A stretch of DNA of 64,000 nucleotides from an uncultured Thermomicrobiales bacterium (GTDB taxonomy: Bacteria > Chloroflexota > Chloroflexia > Thermomicrobiales > CFX8): contig CAYWXR010000016.1 in assembly GCA_964462545.1 (NCBI GenBank), forward strand, positions 3,872 to 67,871. The letters run 5' to 3'. Position numbers and translations under genes: made by a program. The notes beneath the pieces are model-generated. The model searched no databases and was not told where the DNA came from. It saw nothing but the letters and a program-made list of their open reading frames with translations. Positions 52,700 through 61,722 of the stretch are shown piece by piece (position 1 is the stretch's first letter; the number at the start of each line of letters is the position of its first letter).

Positions 52700-53731
52700 T
52701 CAGGAGCCTGCAGGCTGAATCCGGCTGCCCGGCTCGGCATAAACATGGTCAGCAAAGGTGGAACCATCCGGTAGCGGCGATTGCTCGGCGAAATCGGTGG
52801 CGTCATTCACGATCTGCTTGATCCGCTCGTGGGCTTCCTCTTCCCAGCCATCCAGCAGGACGCCCATCTCTTCCAGTCTGGCGCGGGTCGTCCGCAGCGG
52901 GCCGGTGGCCCGGAGTTCATCCAGTTCCTCAACCGGTCGGTAGGTGCGATCATCATCATCACTGGAGTGTGGTGTCTTGCGGATCACCATGGCCTCGATG
53001 AGAGTTGGGCCCTCACCACGACGGGCGCGGTCAACAGCCTTGCGAGCAGCCTGGTAGACCTCGACAGCATCAAGGCCATTCACCCGCACACCGGGCATGT
53101 TGTAGCCGAGCGCATAATCGGCGACCCGTTCGACTGCCATCTGGCGAGACTGGGGAACGGAAATCGCATACCCGTTGTTCTGGCAGAGGAAGATGACGCC
53201 AAGTTTGTAGATCGAGGCGAAGTTCAACGCCTCGTGGAAGTCGCCCTCACTGGTTGCACCGTCACCAAAGCCGGTGACGACAACCGTGTCTTCCCCGCGC
53301 ATCTTCGCGGCATAGGCGATGCCGGCAGCGTGGGGGAGTTGGGTTGCAATCGGACTGGATGCGGAAAGTACCCGGTGCTTGCGGGAACTGAAGTGCCCCG
53401 GCATTTGCCGTCCGCCGCTATTGGGATCAGCAGCACGGGCAAGCATATGCAGCATGATCTCTCGCGGGGTAATGCCGAAGCGTAGCGACATGGTGAGATC
53501 ACGGTAGTAGGGTGCGGCCCAGTCTTTGGATGGGTCCAGCGCGAAGCCGGTACCGGCCTGGGCAGCCTCATGACCCTGCCCGGACACGGCAAACGGAGCC
53601 TGTCCCGCGCGATTGAGCAACCACATGCGTTCATCAAGTGCCCGAGCGAGGAGCATGAGCTCAAACATCTCGCGCAACTCGTCATGCGAAAGATCGATGT
53701 CGACATCCGTACGGCCAGATACTGTTGCCAT
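52700..53731 (-). CDS. 2-oxoacid dehydrogenase E1 component, alpha subunit (TPP-dependent)
   Basis: GQEA, YRD and GDGATSEGDFHEALNFA...IFLCQNNGYAIS. I cannot assign PDH versus branched-chain specificity. Confidence 0.92.
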   Translation of the reverse strand: MATVSGRTDVDIDLSHDELREMFELMLLARALDERMWLLNRAGQAPFAVSGQGHEAAQAGTGFALDPSKDWAAPYYRDLTMSLRFGITPREIMLHMLARAADPNSGGRQMPGHFSSRKHRVLSASSPIATQLPHAAGIAYAAKMRGEDTVVVTGFGDGATSEGDFHEALNFASIYKLGVIFLCQNNGYAISVPQSRQMAVERVADYALGYNMPGVRVNGLDAVEVYQAARKAVDRARRGEGPTLIEAMVIRKTPHSSDDDDRTYRPVEELDELRATGPLRTTRARLEEMGVLLDGWEEEAHERIKQIVNDATDFAEQSPLPDGSTFADHVYAEPGSRIQPAGS

Positions 53732-53841
53732 GGTGTCGCCTCCTATCCAGTTGGCCCGGCTTTGGGCCGCGTCTCCACTCTGAGAAATTCAGGGAGGTAC
53801 CAGCACGTTGCTCTGGTTTTGCACTATTCAGTTGTGAAATC

Positions 53842-53873
53842 GACGGCCCGTGGCGCTGTTGCCACGGGCCGTC
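53842..53873 (-). terminator. hairpin between lpd and the E1 alpha gene
   Basis: A 13-bp stem GACGGCCCGTGGC / GCCACGGGCCGTC directly after the lpd stop. The U-tract is weak. Confidence 0.5.
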
Positions 53874-53880
53874 AGTGCTT

Positions 53881-55275
53881 CTACATGTGCAGGGCGCTGT
53901 CAGATACGTCGAGCGCTGCTTCGTGAAGAATCTCGGAAAGCGTCGGGTGCGGGTGTACCGTAATGCCGAGCTCCCAGGAGGTTGCCTCGAAGAGCATTGC
54001 CAGGCCGGCTTCGGCAATCATCTCGGTGGCAATGCCGCCGAGGATGTGAACACCAAGAATCTGGTCGGTGTCGCCATCGACCACCATCTTGGCAAAGCCG
54101 GTGGTATCGCCCTCGACACGAGCCTTGCCGCTGGCCGTCATCGGGAACTTGCCGATCTTGACGTTGTAGCCAGCCTCGCGGGCCTTGGCCTCGGTCAGGC
54201 CAACCGAGCCGATCTCCGGGTGGCAGTAGGTCACCCACGGGATCTTGTTGTAATCAAGCTTCTCCGGCTTGTGGCCGGCAATTTTCTCAACAGCCACGAT
54301 GCCCTGGTGCATGGCGGTATGGGCGAGCTGCTGCAGGCCCGTGACATCACCGATGGCGTAGACACCTTCTACCGAGGTCTGCATGTAGTCATCGACGGTG
54401 ATGTAGCCGTTCTCAACCTTGACGCCGACTTCCTCAAGGCCAATACCCTTGACGTTGCCATAGCGGCCAATGGCCACCAGCAGTGCATCGGCTTCAATCG
54501 TTTCCTCACCCTTGGAGGTCTTGACCTTCATGGTGATGCCGTCGTCGGTCAGTGTGAAATCGTCGGCTGACGGGCGGACATCGGAAAGGACCTTGATGCC
54601 CTTGCGGCTGAAGGCACGGGCGAGATCGCGCTGGACATCGGCATCTTCATTCGGAGCAACCCGGCCAACCAGGGTCACTTCGCAGCCGAAATCGTGATAG
54701 ACGCTGGCGAATTCCAGACCGGTGGCACCACCGCCGCGGACGATTACCCGCTTCGGCAGGTATTCCTCGGTGGTTGCGTGGTCGCTGTTGAACACGCGCT
54801 TGCCGTCGGTTTCCAGCCCTTCGATATCACGCGGGGTGGAACCGGTATCAATGATGATGTTCTTTGCGCGATACTCGGTTGTCTCGCCGGCATCGTTCTT
54901 GACACTGATGGTGTTGGCCGAAGTAAGTGTTCCCCATCCCTGGATAGTATCGATCTTGTGCTTGCGGAACAGGAACTGGATGCCCTTGTAGTTCTGGTCC
55001 ACCACGTCCCGCGAGCGGCGCATGGCCTGGCCGTAGTCGTAAGAGACCTCACCCACCGACACGCCAAACTCGGCTGCTTTGCCGACGGTGCTGGCAACAG
55101 AGGCTGCCTTCAAGAGCGCCTTGGCCGGAATACAGCCCCGGTGGACACAGGTACCACCGACGAGGTCTTTTTCAATAACGCCAACGCGCATGCCAAGCTG
55201 GGACGCCCGGATAGCGGCGACATAGCCGCCGGTTCCGCCACCCAGGAACAACAGATCGTATTCAGACTGCGCCAT
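53881..55275 (-). CDS. lpd: dihydrolipoyl dehydrogenase (E3)
   Basis: YDLLFLGGGTGGY, the redox-active GGTCVHRGCIPAK and the C-terminal HPHPTLSE. Start at MAQSEYD (55275). Confidence 0.92.
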   Translation of the reverse strand: MAQSEYDLLFLGGGTGGYVAAIRASQLGMRVGVIEKDLVGGTCVHRGCIPAKALLKAASVASTVGKAAEFGVSVGEVSYDYGQAMRRSRDVVDQNYKGIQFLFRKHKIDTIQGWGTLTSANTISVKNDAGETTEYRAKNIIIDTGSTPRDIEGLETDGKRVFNSDHATTEEYLPKRVIVRGGGATGLEFASVYHDFGCEVTLVGRVAPNEDADVQRDLARAFSRKGIKVLSDVRPSADDFTLTDDGITMKVKTSKGEETIEADALLVAIGRYGNVKGIGLEEVGVKVENGYITVDDYMQTSVEGVYAIGDVTGLQQLAHTAMHQGIVAVEKIAGHKPEKLDYNKIPWVTYCHPEIGSVGLTEAKAREAGYNVKIGKFPMTASGKARVEGDTTGFAKMVVDGDTDQILGVHILGGIATEMIAEAGLAMLFEATSWELGITVHPHPTLSEILHEAALDVSDSALHM

Positions 55276-55412
55276 ACTGCTACCAGTCACTCCTCCGCGA
55301 AGCCGCCCGGCCGACCCTCGATCGATTTGTGCGCGGGGCCGGCGGTGAATCAACGTCTCCGGAAAAATCTGCCCGGAGCCGGGTATCTTTTCGCTTCAGT
55401 ATAGCAAGGTGG

Positions 55413-56723
55413 TCAGGAGTCCCGGAGCGGAGGCTCCGAGAGAACCGGCTCCAGGCCGGGCGAAACGGGTGCTGTGACAATAACCGGAGACTGAGCCAGT
55501 TCCAGCCCCTGGCGAATGGCCACTGCCCAGAATCCCAATGCCGCCAGCGTACCGATTGTTGCCGGCACCGGAGATGACTGGACGATCAGGACGAACGCCA
55601 GCATCGGAAGCAGGGCAAACCCGACCCACGCGCCAACCGTCAGACGCCAGACAAGCGATTCATCGCCTGCGTTCCAGGCATGCTCCACGAGGAATACCAC
55701 CGCCAGCGTCGCGAACACGGCCGTGTGATACAGCGCGTGATATGAAGTCAGCAACAGGGTCGTCATCAGCAGGGCAATGCCGGGGCCGCTCAGAGCCAGC
55801 GCACCAAGTTTTCGCCAGAGATAGACCGCTACAGCCAGCAGAGCCAGCGAAAATACCAGAATCAGCACATTGGCAAGGTTGGCATCCAGCCACGGCAAGG
55901 CGCGGACAATAGCGCCACGGATGTTGACCATACCCGGCACGTTGGTCGCCACAATGCCTTCAGGAGTTGAAAGTCGCTGCCCGAGGTTGACATATTCTCG
56001 CATGCCGGAAATGCCCACCACGAGGGTGCTGACAACCAGTTGCGCTGCTCCGGCAGTCAGTGTCACGATGAGTCCGCGACGACGCCCCGTCACGACCATG
56101 AAGAGGAGCGGCACCAGCAGGAGTTGCGGCTTGAGCGCCAGAACCGCCAACGCCAGGCCAGCCCGGCCCTCATTCCCCCGGCGAAGCTCCAGCACAAACA
56201 CGGTAAGGGCCAGTAACAGGATGCCCTCTACCTGACCAAGCAGGAGCGTATAGAAGAGAGGGAATGAAGCCAGGACGATGCTGGCAATCAGTGGCCAGTC
56301 TATCCGCAACCGCCGTACCAGCAGCCGAACCGCGAGCACAGCAGCAGCGAGATTGGCAGAGATCCAGACCAACCAGCCGATAATTGGCCCAACCAGCAGG
56401 AGCGGAAGCGTAATGATGGCGAGTTGAGGAGGAGCAACGTAGGGCTGCACCATCCGGTCGGTCCAGCCACCGCCGTAGTCGTTGATGATCGGTTGCTGGC
56501 GATGCCATTGGAGGAAGGTATCGTAGAGATCATGCCGGCCGCCATCGATGAGCATCCGGGCACCTGCGAAACTGGGCAGGAAGTCCATGCCCACCTGCAC
56601 AAACACCCCCTGAACACGGACAAGCGTAACCAGAATTGCAAGTTCTATCAGCAGGTAGACAGGCAACCAGTAGCGAATCCGGGCGAGAGGTGTTCGTAGC
56701 ATTGTCAACGAATCACATTTCAT
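55413..56723 (-). CDS. polytopic membrane protein, GT87/DUF2029-like glycosyltransferase candidate
   Basis: About 12 hydrophobic helices. An N-terminal loop (MDFLPSFAGARMLIDGGRHDLYD) resembles DUF2029 proteins. Confidence 0.55.
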   Translation of the reverse strand: MKCDSLTMLRTPLARIRYWLPVYLLIELAILVTLVRVQGVFVQVGMDFLPSFAGARMLIDGGRHDLYDTFLQWHRQQPIINDYGGGWTDRMVQPYVAPPQLAIITLPLLLVGPIIGWLVWISANLAAAVLAVRLLVRRLRIDWPLIASIVLASFPLFYTLLLGQVEGILLLALTVFVLELRRGNEGRAGLALAVLALKPQLLLVPLLFMVVTGRRRGLIVTLTAGAAQLVVSTLVVGISGMREYVNLGQRLSTPEGIVATNVPGMVNIRGAIVRALPWLDANLANVLILVFSLALLAVAVYLWRKLGALALSGPGIALLMTTLLLTSYHALYHTAVFATLAVVFLVEHAWNAGDESLVWRLTVGAWVGFALLPMLAFVLIVQSSPVPATIGTLAALGFWAVAIRQGLELAQSPVIVTAPVSPGLEPVLSEPPLRDS

Positions 56724-56827
56724 CGAAACTGTATGGTGACCGGGCCTGAATCATCGGATTTCCCGGTCGTTCTCACATTCCAGCGTATCACCGGCATTCT
56801 GGCTGACCGGTATACAGGGACATAGAG

Positions 56828-57688
56828 ATGCATGCACATTCTCGTAAGGTGGCAGGTGAAATCAAGCCGCCAAATCCGGATCGGGACAACCAGGAAACCC
56901 GCTACGACACCCCGTTCAGCTGGTGGGGTGGGCCGTGGGCGTCTCCCGAATCCCGATCCCTGGTCTGGCTGATTGAGTCGGGTTCGCTGGATGCCCGGTT
57001 GGCTGCCTTCCTGAGTCTTGCCGTCGAGTTCCGCCGGTCAATCATCGTTGTGGCCGAGCAGCAGGGAGCCGGCAAAACCACGCTTCTGACCGCCCTGCTG
57101 GATTTCCTGCCACCGGATGCCGAACCTGTCTACCTTCGAGGACTGTATGAACGGTTCTCCTTCCTGGAGACCGTGCCCGCCGATCGAGCCTATATGCTCT
57201 GCAACGAGATCAGCGGGCACCTGCCCACGTACTTGTGGGGCCAGGGCGTTCGCCGCGTCTTTCAGGCAAACGCCGGGGGATATCCATTTCTTACCACCAT
57301 GCACGCGACCTCAACTGAAGATGCCCTCGCCCAACTCGAACGGTATCCGCTCGAGATCCCTCCGGCAGAGATTGCCGGCATTGACCTGGTCGTGAACCTG
57401 GATGTTGGCTACGTGAATACCCGCTACGTCCGACGGGTGATGTCGGTTGATCTGATTGATGCCGACGGAGATGGCTACCGGGCCGTGCATCTTTCCGGAC
57501 GCTCACTGCTGCGGAGCCCCCTGGAACACCGCCTCGGAAGACTTGTTTCGGCAGTGGCCAGGTGGGCAGGATGCGATGATAATGTCGCTGGCCGGGTACT
57601 CGGTCACAGGGAACGATTCCTCGTTTCCTTGTTGGAACAAGGACTCACCGCTCCGGATGATATCCGCAGGAATCTGCGGCAGTCATAG
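56828..57688 (+). CDS. short CpaF/VirB11 (T2SSE)-like P-loop ATPase, orphan
   Basis: Walker A QQGAGKTTLL, NEISGHLP (equivalent of GEIRG), FLTTMHATSTEDALAQL (His box) and IDLVVNL. It lacks the usual N-terminal domain and the IED-type Asp box. Confidence 0.6.
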   Translation: MHAHSRKVAGEIKPPNPDRDNQETRYDTPFSWWGGPWASPESRSLVWLIESGSLDARLAAFLSLAVEFRRSIIVVAEQQGAGKTTLLTALLDFLPPDAEPVYLRGLYERFSFLETVPADRAYMLCNEISGHLPTYLWGQGVRRVFQANAGGYPFLTTMHATSTEDALAQLERYPLEIPPAEIAGIDLVVNLDVGYVNTRYVRRVMSVDLIDADGDGYRAVHLSGRSLLRSPLEHRLGRLVSAVARWAGCDDNVAGRVLGHRERFLVSLLEQGLTAPDDIRRNLRQS

Positions 57689-57790
57689 GCACAAATCCCG
57701 ACTCGAAACGTGGCGCTACCTGATAGTATGTAGCGAACCGGGGGCAGGGACAGCATTTCCACATGAAGCGAAACATTGGGGAGGGACACG

Positions 57791-59182
57791 ATGGCATCGG
57801 CTCATAACTATGCTGCCTATAGCTATTGGCTGGAGTCCTGCGGAGACGACCTCACCCCACGCCGACGACTCCCCGGCACCGTCACTGCCGACGTTGCCAT
57901 CCTCGGGGCAGGCTTCAGCGGGCTCTGGACTGCCTACTACATCCTGAAGAACAACCCCGGCACCCGGGTGGTGATTGCGGAAAAGGAAATCACCGGGTTT
58001 GGCGCGTCCGGCAGGAACGGCGGATGGTGTTCCAACGGCTTCCCGGTAACCCTGTCAGAGATCGAACGCCGCTATGGACGCGAGCAGGCTGTTGCATTGC
58101 ATAAGGCGATGGCAGATGCGGTGGATGAGGTGGGACGGGTCGTTGCCGATGAAGGCATCGACGCGGACTATGAAAAGGGCGGCGCACTCCGGTTTGCGCG
58201 GGGCAAACACCAGATCCCAATGCTCGACTCGGCAATGGCCAACTACGAGAAACTTGGCATTGCCGATGATTACCAACGCCTGAGCGAATCCGAGGCGAAA
58301 TCCAGGGTCAACGTCGCGGGATCACATGGCGCCATCTTCAACCCGCACTGCGCGACCATCCATCCCGGGAAACTTGTCCGGCAACTGGCACGGGTCGTTG
58401 AGCGGCTCGGGGGAGTTATCTACGAACAAACGCCGGTTCGTTCCTACATCGAAGGGCGTAGCCCGACGCTACGAACCGATTTCGGCGATATCAACGCCAA
58501 GGCGATTGTCCTTGCCGGCGAGAGTTACCTCTCACAAATGCAGCAACTCCGGCGTCAACTCATCCCGATCTATTCACTGATTGTCCTCACCAAACCGCTC
58601 TCGGACGCTCAATGGGACGAGATTGGCTGGCGGGCGAGGGAATGCGTTTCCTCGAACCGTCTGACGGTCGACTATCTCTCCCGCACCGTCGATGGCCGCA
58701 TCCTCTTTGGTGGACGCGGCGCGCCATACCATTTCCGATCGCAAATCCGGGATTCCTTTGACCATCATGAGGCAACCCACTCCATGCTGCGTGAGGCCGC
58801 CCGTGAATGGTTCCCGATGCTTGGCCCGGATGATTTCTCTCACGCCTGGGGCGGACCGCTCGGTGTGCCGCGCGACTGGATGCCCTCGATTTTCTACGAC
58901 CCGAACACCGGTGTCGCCACTGCCCGGGGATATACCGGACAGGGTGTTTCAACCACCAACCTGGCGGGCAGGATCATCGCAGATCTCTTCCTGGGCATGG
59001 AGACAGATATTACCCGGCTCCCCCCGGTCGGGCACCGGTCGAAGGATTGGGAGCCCGAACCATTGCGGTATCTCGGGGTGCGCTATGTCCAGCAAAGCTA
59101 TGCCAGACTCGACGCCAAAGCCGCGGCAACCGGAACACCTCCGGACGGCTCCACCCTCGCCGAACGAATGAGCCGGCATTAG
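57791..59182 (+). CDS. FAD-dependent oxidoreductase (DAO family)
   Basis: GGGGAGGG RBS and the Rossmann motif DVAILGAGFSGLWTAYY. Confidence 0.8.
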   Translation: MASAHNYAAYSYWLESCGDDLTPRRRLPGTVTADVAILGAGFSGLWTAYYILKNNPGTRVVIAEKEITGFGASGRNGGWCSNGFPVTLSEIERRYGREQAVALHKAMADAVDEVGRVVADEGIDADYEKGGALRFARGKHQIPMLDSAMANYEKLGIADDYQRLSESEAKSRVNVAGSHGAIFNPHCATIHPGKLVRQLARVVERLGGVIYEQTPVRSYIEGRSPTLRTDFGDINAKAIVLAGESYLSQMQQLRRQLIPIYSLIVLTKPLSDAQWDEIGWRARECVSSNRLTVDYLSRTVDGRILFGGRGAPYHFRSQIRDSFDHHEATHSMLREAAREWFPMLGPDDFSHAWGGPLGVPRDWMPSIFYDPNTGVATARGYTGQGVSTTNLAGRIIADLFLGMETDITRLPPVGHRSKDWEPEPLRYLGVRYVQQSYARLDAKAAATGTPPDGSTLAERMSRH

Positions 59183-59392
59183 CCGGTCGCAGCAAGCATG
59201 GTATTGCGCGTCGTAACTCCCGGTTCTGGGTTAGGATTGGGATAGACGTGACAGCAGGTCATGCCGGGATGCCGGCCCCACCGGTGTTTGCGGAATGCGC
59301 AGACGATCGCTTTTGCGTCCCCCGGTTCACAATCAGGGGATTCTTGCCCGCATCCCAATGAAATTGTCATCGATGAAAGGCCGACCATACCG

Positions 59393-60802
59393 ATGTCGAA
59401 TCAACATCTTCCCAGCACACTGGGTGAACTTCGCGAAAGCGGCCACACAGTCCTTCCGGTCCGTGAGGAACTCCGCAAAAACCTGATCCAGCGCCTCCGC
59501 TCCGGAGACCCGATCTTCGATGGCGTGATGGGCTATGAAGACACTGTCATTCCGCAGATTGAAAACGCCATTCTCTCCGGGCAGGACATCATCTTCCTGG
59601 GCGAACGGGGTCAGGCCAAGACCCGGATGGCGCGTGGACTGGTGAATCTGCTTGATGAGCAGATTCCGGTTGTTGCCGGATCAGAAATCAATGATGATCC
59701 GTTCAACCCGATCTCACGCCAGGCGAAAGACCTGATCGCCGAACATGGCGACAACACGCCGATCGAATGGGTAGGCAGGGAGCGCCGGTTTGCCGAGAAA
59801 CTCGCCACACCCGACACAACGATTGCCGACCTGATCGGCGAGGTAGATCCGATCAAGGTGGCGGAGGGCCGCTATCTTTCTGACGAATTGACGATCCACT
59901 ACGGCCTTATCCCCCGGACCAACCGGGGCATCTTTGCCATCAACGAACTACCGGACCTGGCGGAACGCATCCAGGTAGGTCTGCTGAACATCATGGAAGA
60001 GCGCGATGTCCAGATTCGCGGCTACCGGGTACGCCTGCCGCTGGATGTCTATGTAGTGGCCAGCGCCAACCCGGAGGACTACACCAACCGGGGCCGGATC
60101 ATTACGCCGCTCAAGGACCGCTACGGTTCCCAGATTCGAACGCACTACCCCGAGAACGTCGACCTCGAGATCGAGATCATGGAGCAGGAAGCGGTCACCT
60201 TCGAGAGCGACGGCATCCGCGTCTACACTCCGCGGTATATTCAGGAGATCGTTGCCGAACTGACGCACCTTGCCCGGCGCAGCCACGACATCAGCCAGCG
60301 CTCCGGTGTCTCGGTGCGTATGTCGATCGCCAACTACGAAAACCTGGTTTCGAATGCCCTGAAGCGGGCCATCCGCGCCGGGGAGAAGCAGGCAGTGCCG
60401 CGTATCTCCGACTTGCGGGCGGTGTTTGCCTCAACGACCGGCAAGATCGAACTGGAGACGATGGGCGAAGCCCAGGAGGAACGCGTCATCGAAAAACTGA
60501 TCCAGGGGGCTATCGTCACCACGTTCAACAAGTACTTCTCGGTACGCGATTTCGATGAACTGATCCTGGCGTTCGATAATGGCCTGGAAGTCGAGGTATC
60601 CGACTCGATGAGCGCCATGGAATACGTCCACCAGGTCTCGCACATGGAGAGCATGCGCACAGCAATCGGCAAACTCAACCTGTCGAGCGATCCCGCAGCC
60701 ATCGCATCCGGTGTTGAGTTCGTCCTGGAAGGTCTGCACCTGAACCGGCGCCTGAACAAGGACCGTGTCGGCCCGGCAGGAGTCTCCCGCTACGCCGGGT
60801 AG
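59393..60802 (+). CDS. ChlI/BchI-like AAA+ ATPase with non-canonical Walker motifs
   Basis: GERGQAKT sits at the Walker A position. RGIFAINELPDL sits at the Walker B position (NE where ChlI has DE). ASANPEDY....RIITPLKDRYG parallels ChlI NPEEGELRPQLLDRFG. Confidence 0.78.
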   Translation: MSNQHLPSTLGELRESGHTVLPVREELRKNLIQRLRSGDPIFDGVMGYEDTVIPQIENAILSGQDIIFLGERGQAKTRMARGLVNLLDEQIPVVAGSEINDDPFNPISRQAKDLIAEHGDNTPIEWVGRERRFAEKLATPDTTIADLIGEVDPIKVAEGRYLSDELTIHYGLIPRTNRGIFAINELPDLAERIQVGLLNIMEERDVQIRGYRVRLPLDVYVVASANPEDYTNRGRIITPLKDRYGSQIRTHYPENVDLEIEIMEQEAVTFESDGIRVYTPRYIQEIVAELTHLARRSHDISQRSGVSVRMSIANYENLVSNALKRAIRAGEKQAVPRISDLRAVFASTTGKIELETMGEAQEERVIEKLIQGAIVTTFNKYFSVRDFDELILAFDNGLEVEVSDSMSAMEYVHQVSHMESMRTAIGKLNLSSDPAAIASGVEFVLEGLHLNRRLNKDRVGPAGVSRYAG

Positions 60803-60809
60803 GACATTT

Positions 60810-60840
60810 CCGGCAAGGTGTAGTTTTTACACCTTGCCGG
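60810..60840. terminator. 13-bp-stem hairpin shared by the convergent AAA+ and DinB-like genes
   Basis: CCGGCAAGGTGTA-GTTTT-TACACCTTGCCGG. The right arm encodes the last codons (TGKV stop) of the minus-strand gene. Confidence 0.55.
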
Positions 60841-61513
60841 TCAGATCCTTGTCTTCCATTTCCCAGGCATGGTCGAGCGTATGGTAGGCAGTGTGACGGA
60901 TCAGAAAGCGAAGTGACCAGCCGCGGCCGGTCTTGCCGGCTCGCTTGCCTGCGGCATGGTATTCACGGATAGCGTTGCTGTAGTTGGCACGATGCTCGGC
61001 AAGCCCTTCAGGGGTCCACATCGACTCGGCGGGAGTATCAAGCCCGATACCGCGTTCCCAGTCCATTTCTGCACCGAAGACATGGCGCACGATCTGGTCA
61101 CGGTCGCGTCCACCACCACGCGGGCCTTTCTGGAGTTCGGGAGAAACCCGGGCGCGCACGCTATCGAAGTACGTCCAGGCGGCTTCCATGAGAGCCAACT
61201 CCCGATCCAGTTCCTCGATGGTCATCTCCTGATTATCGAAATCAGAATGGCCAAACGGAATACCCCAAAAGTCGGTCGAACCGGTTCCGATTACCTGATC
61301 CACAATCTCATGGCCAGACAAACTGGAGAACTCGGATTCAAACCCGGCAAGAGTTGCGATCGGTTGGTACCGTGGAATGTAGGACAGGAAAAAATCCAGC
61401 GCGCCCGCTTCGGTCTTGTGCCCACGGGTGAAGCCGGGCCAATCCGGAGCATAAACAGCAAACTTCTTGCCCTTGGGGCCAGACTCAACAACGACTCTGA
61501 GTGTGCCGGACAT
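60827..61513 (-). CDS. HicB-like N-terminal domain fused to a DinB-family domain
   Basis: KKFAVYAPDWPGFTRGHKTEAGALDFFLSYI resembles the HicB/UPF0150 fold signature. The C-terminus FLIRHTAYHTLDHAWE is DinB-like. Confidence 0.6.
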   Translation of the reverse strand: MSGTLRVVVESGPKGKKFAVYAPDWPGFTRGHKTEAGALDFFLSYIPRYQPIATLAGFESEFSSLSGHEIVDQVIGTGSTDFWGIPFGHSDFDNQEMTIEELDRELALMEAAWTYFDSVRARVSPELQKGPRGGGRDRDQIVRHVFGAEMDWERGIGLDTPAESMWTPEGLAEHRANYSNAIREYHAAGKRAGKTGRGWSLRFLIRHTAYHTLDHAWEMEDKDLTGKV

Positions 61514-61722
61514 GCTGGCTCCTGATCTCTATTGCTTGACACCATTCATTCAGAGTATGCCAGTTACGCCCCACGCTTGTCACGACAGACATCCAGCGAC
61601 CGGCTATGATTGACTGAACGAAACTCGACACACAATCGACCGGTGTCCTGCCACTCGCCACCAGAAGGACACCACTCCCGGCAGATCTCTTGACAGCTCC
61701 ACATCTGGAAACGAGCAGACCG

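Noticed and set aside
53725-54570. A 281-aa plus-strand ORF, and the similar antisense ORFs 26365..27030, 7174..8049, 28330..29184 and 35506..36108.
   Set aside because: All lie opposite strongly supported genes (lpd, aminotransferase, MFS, LysR, DJ-1) and have no motifs. They are high-GC shadow ORFs.
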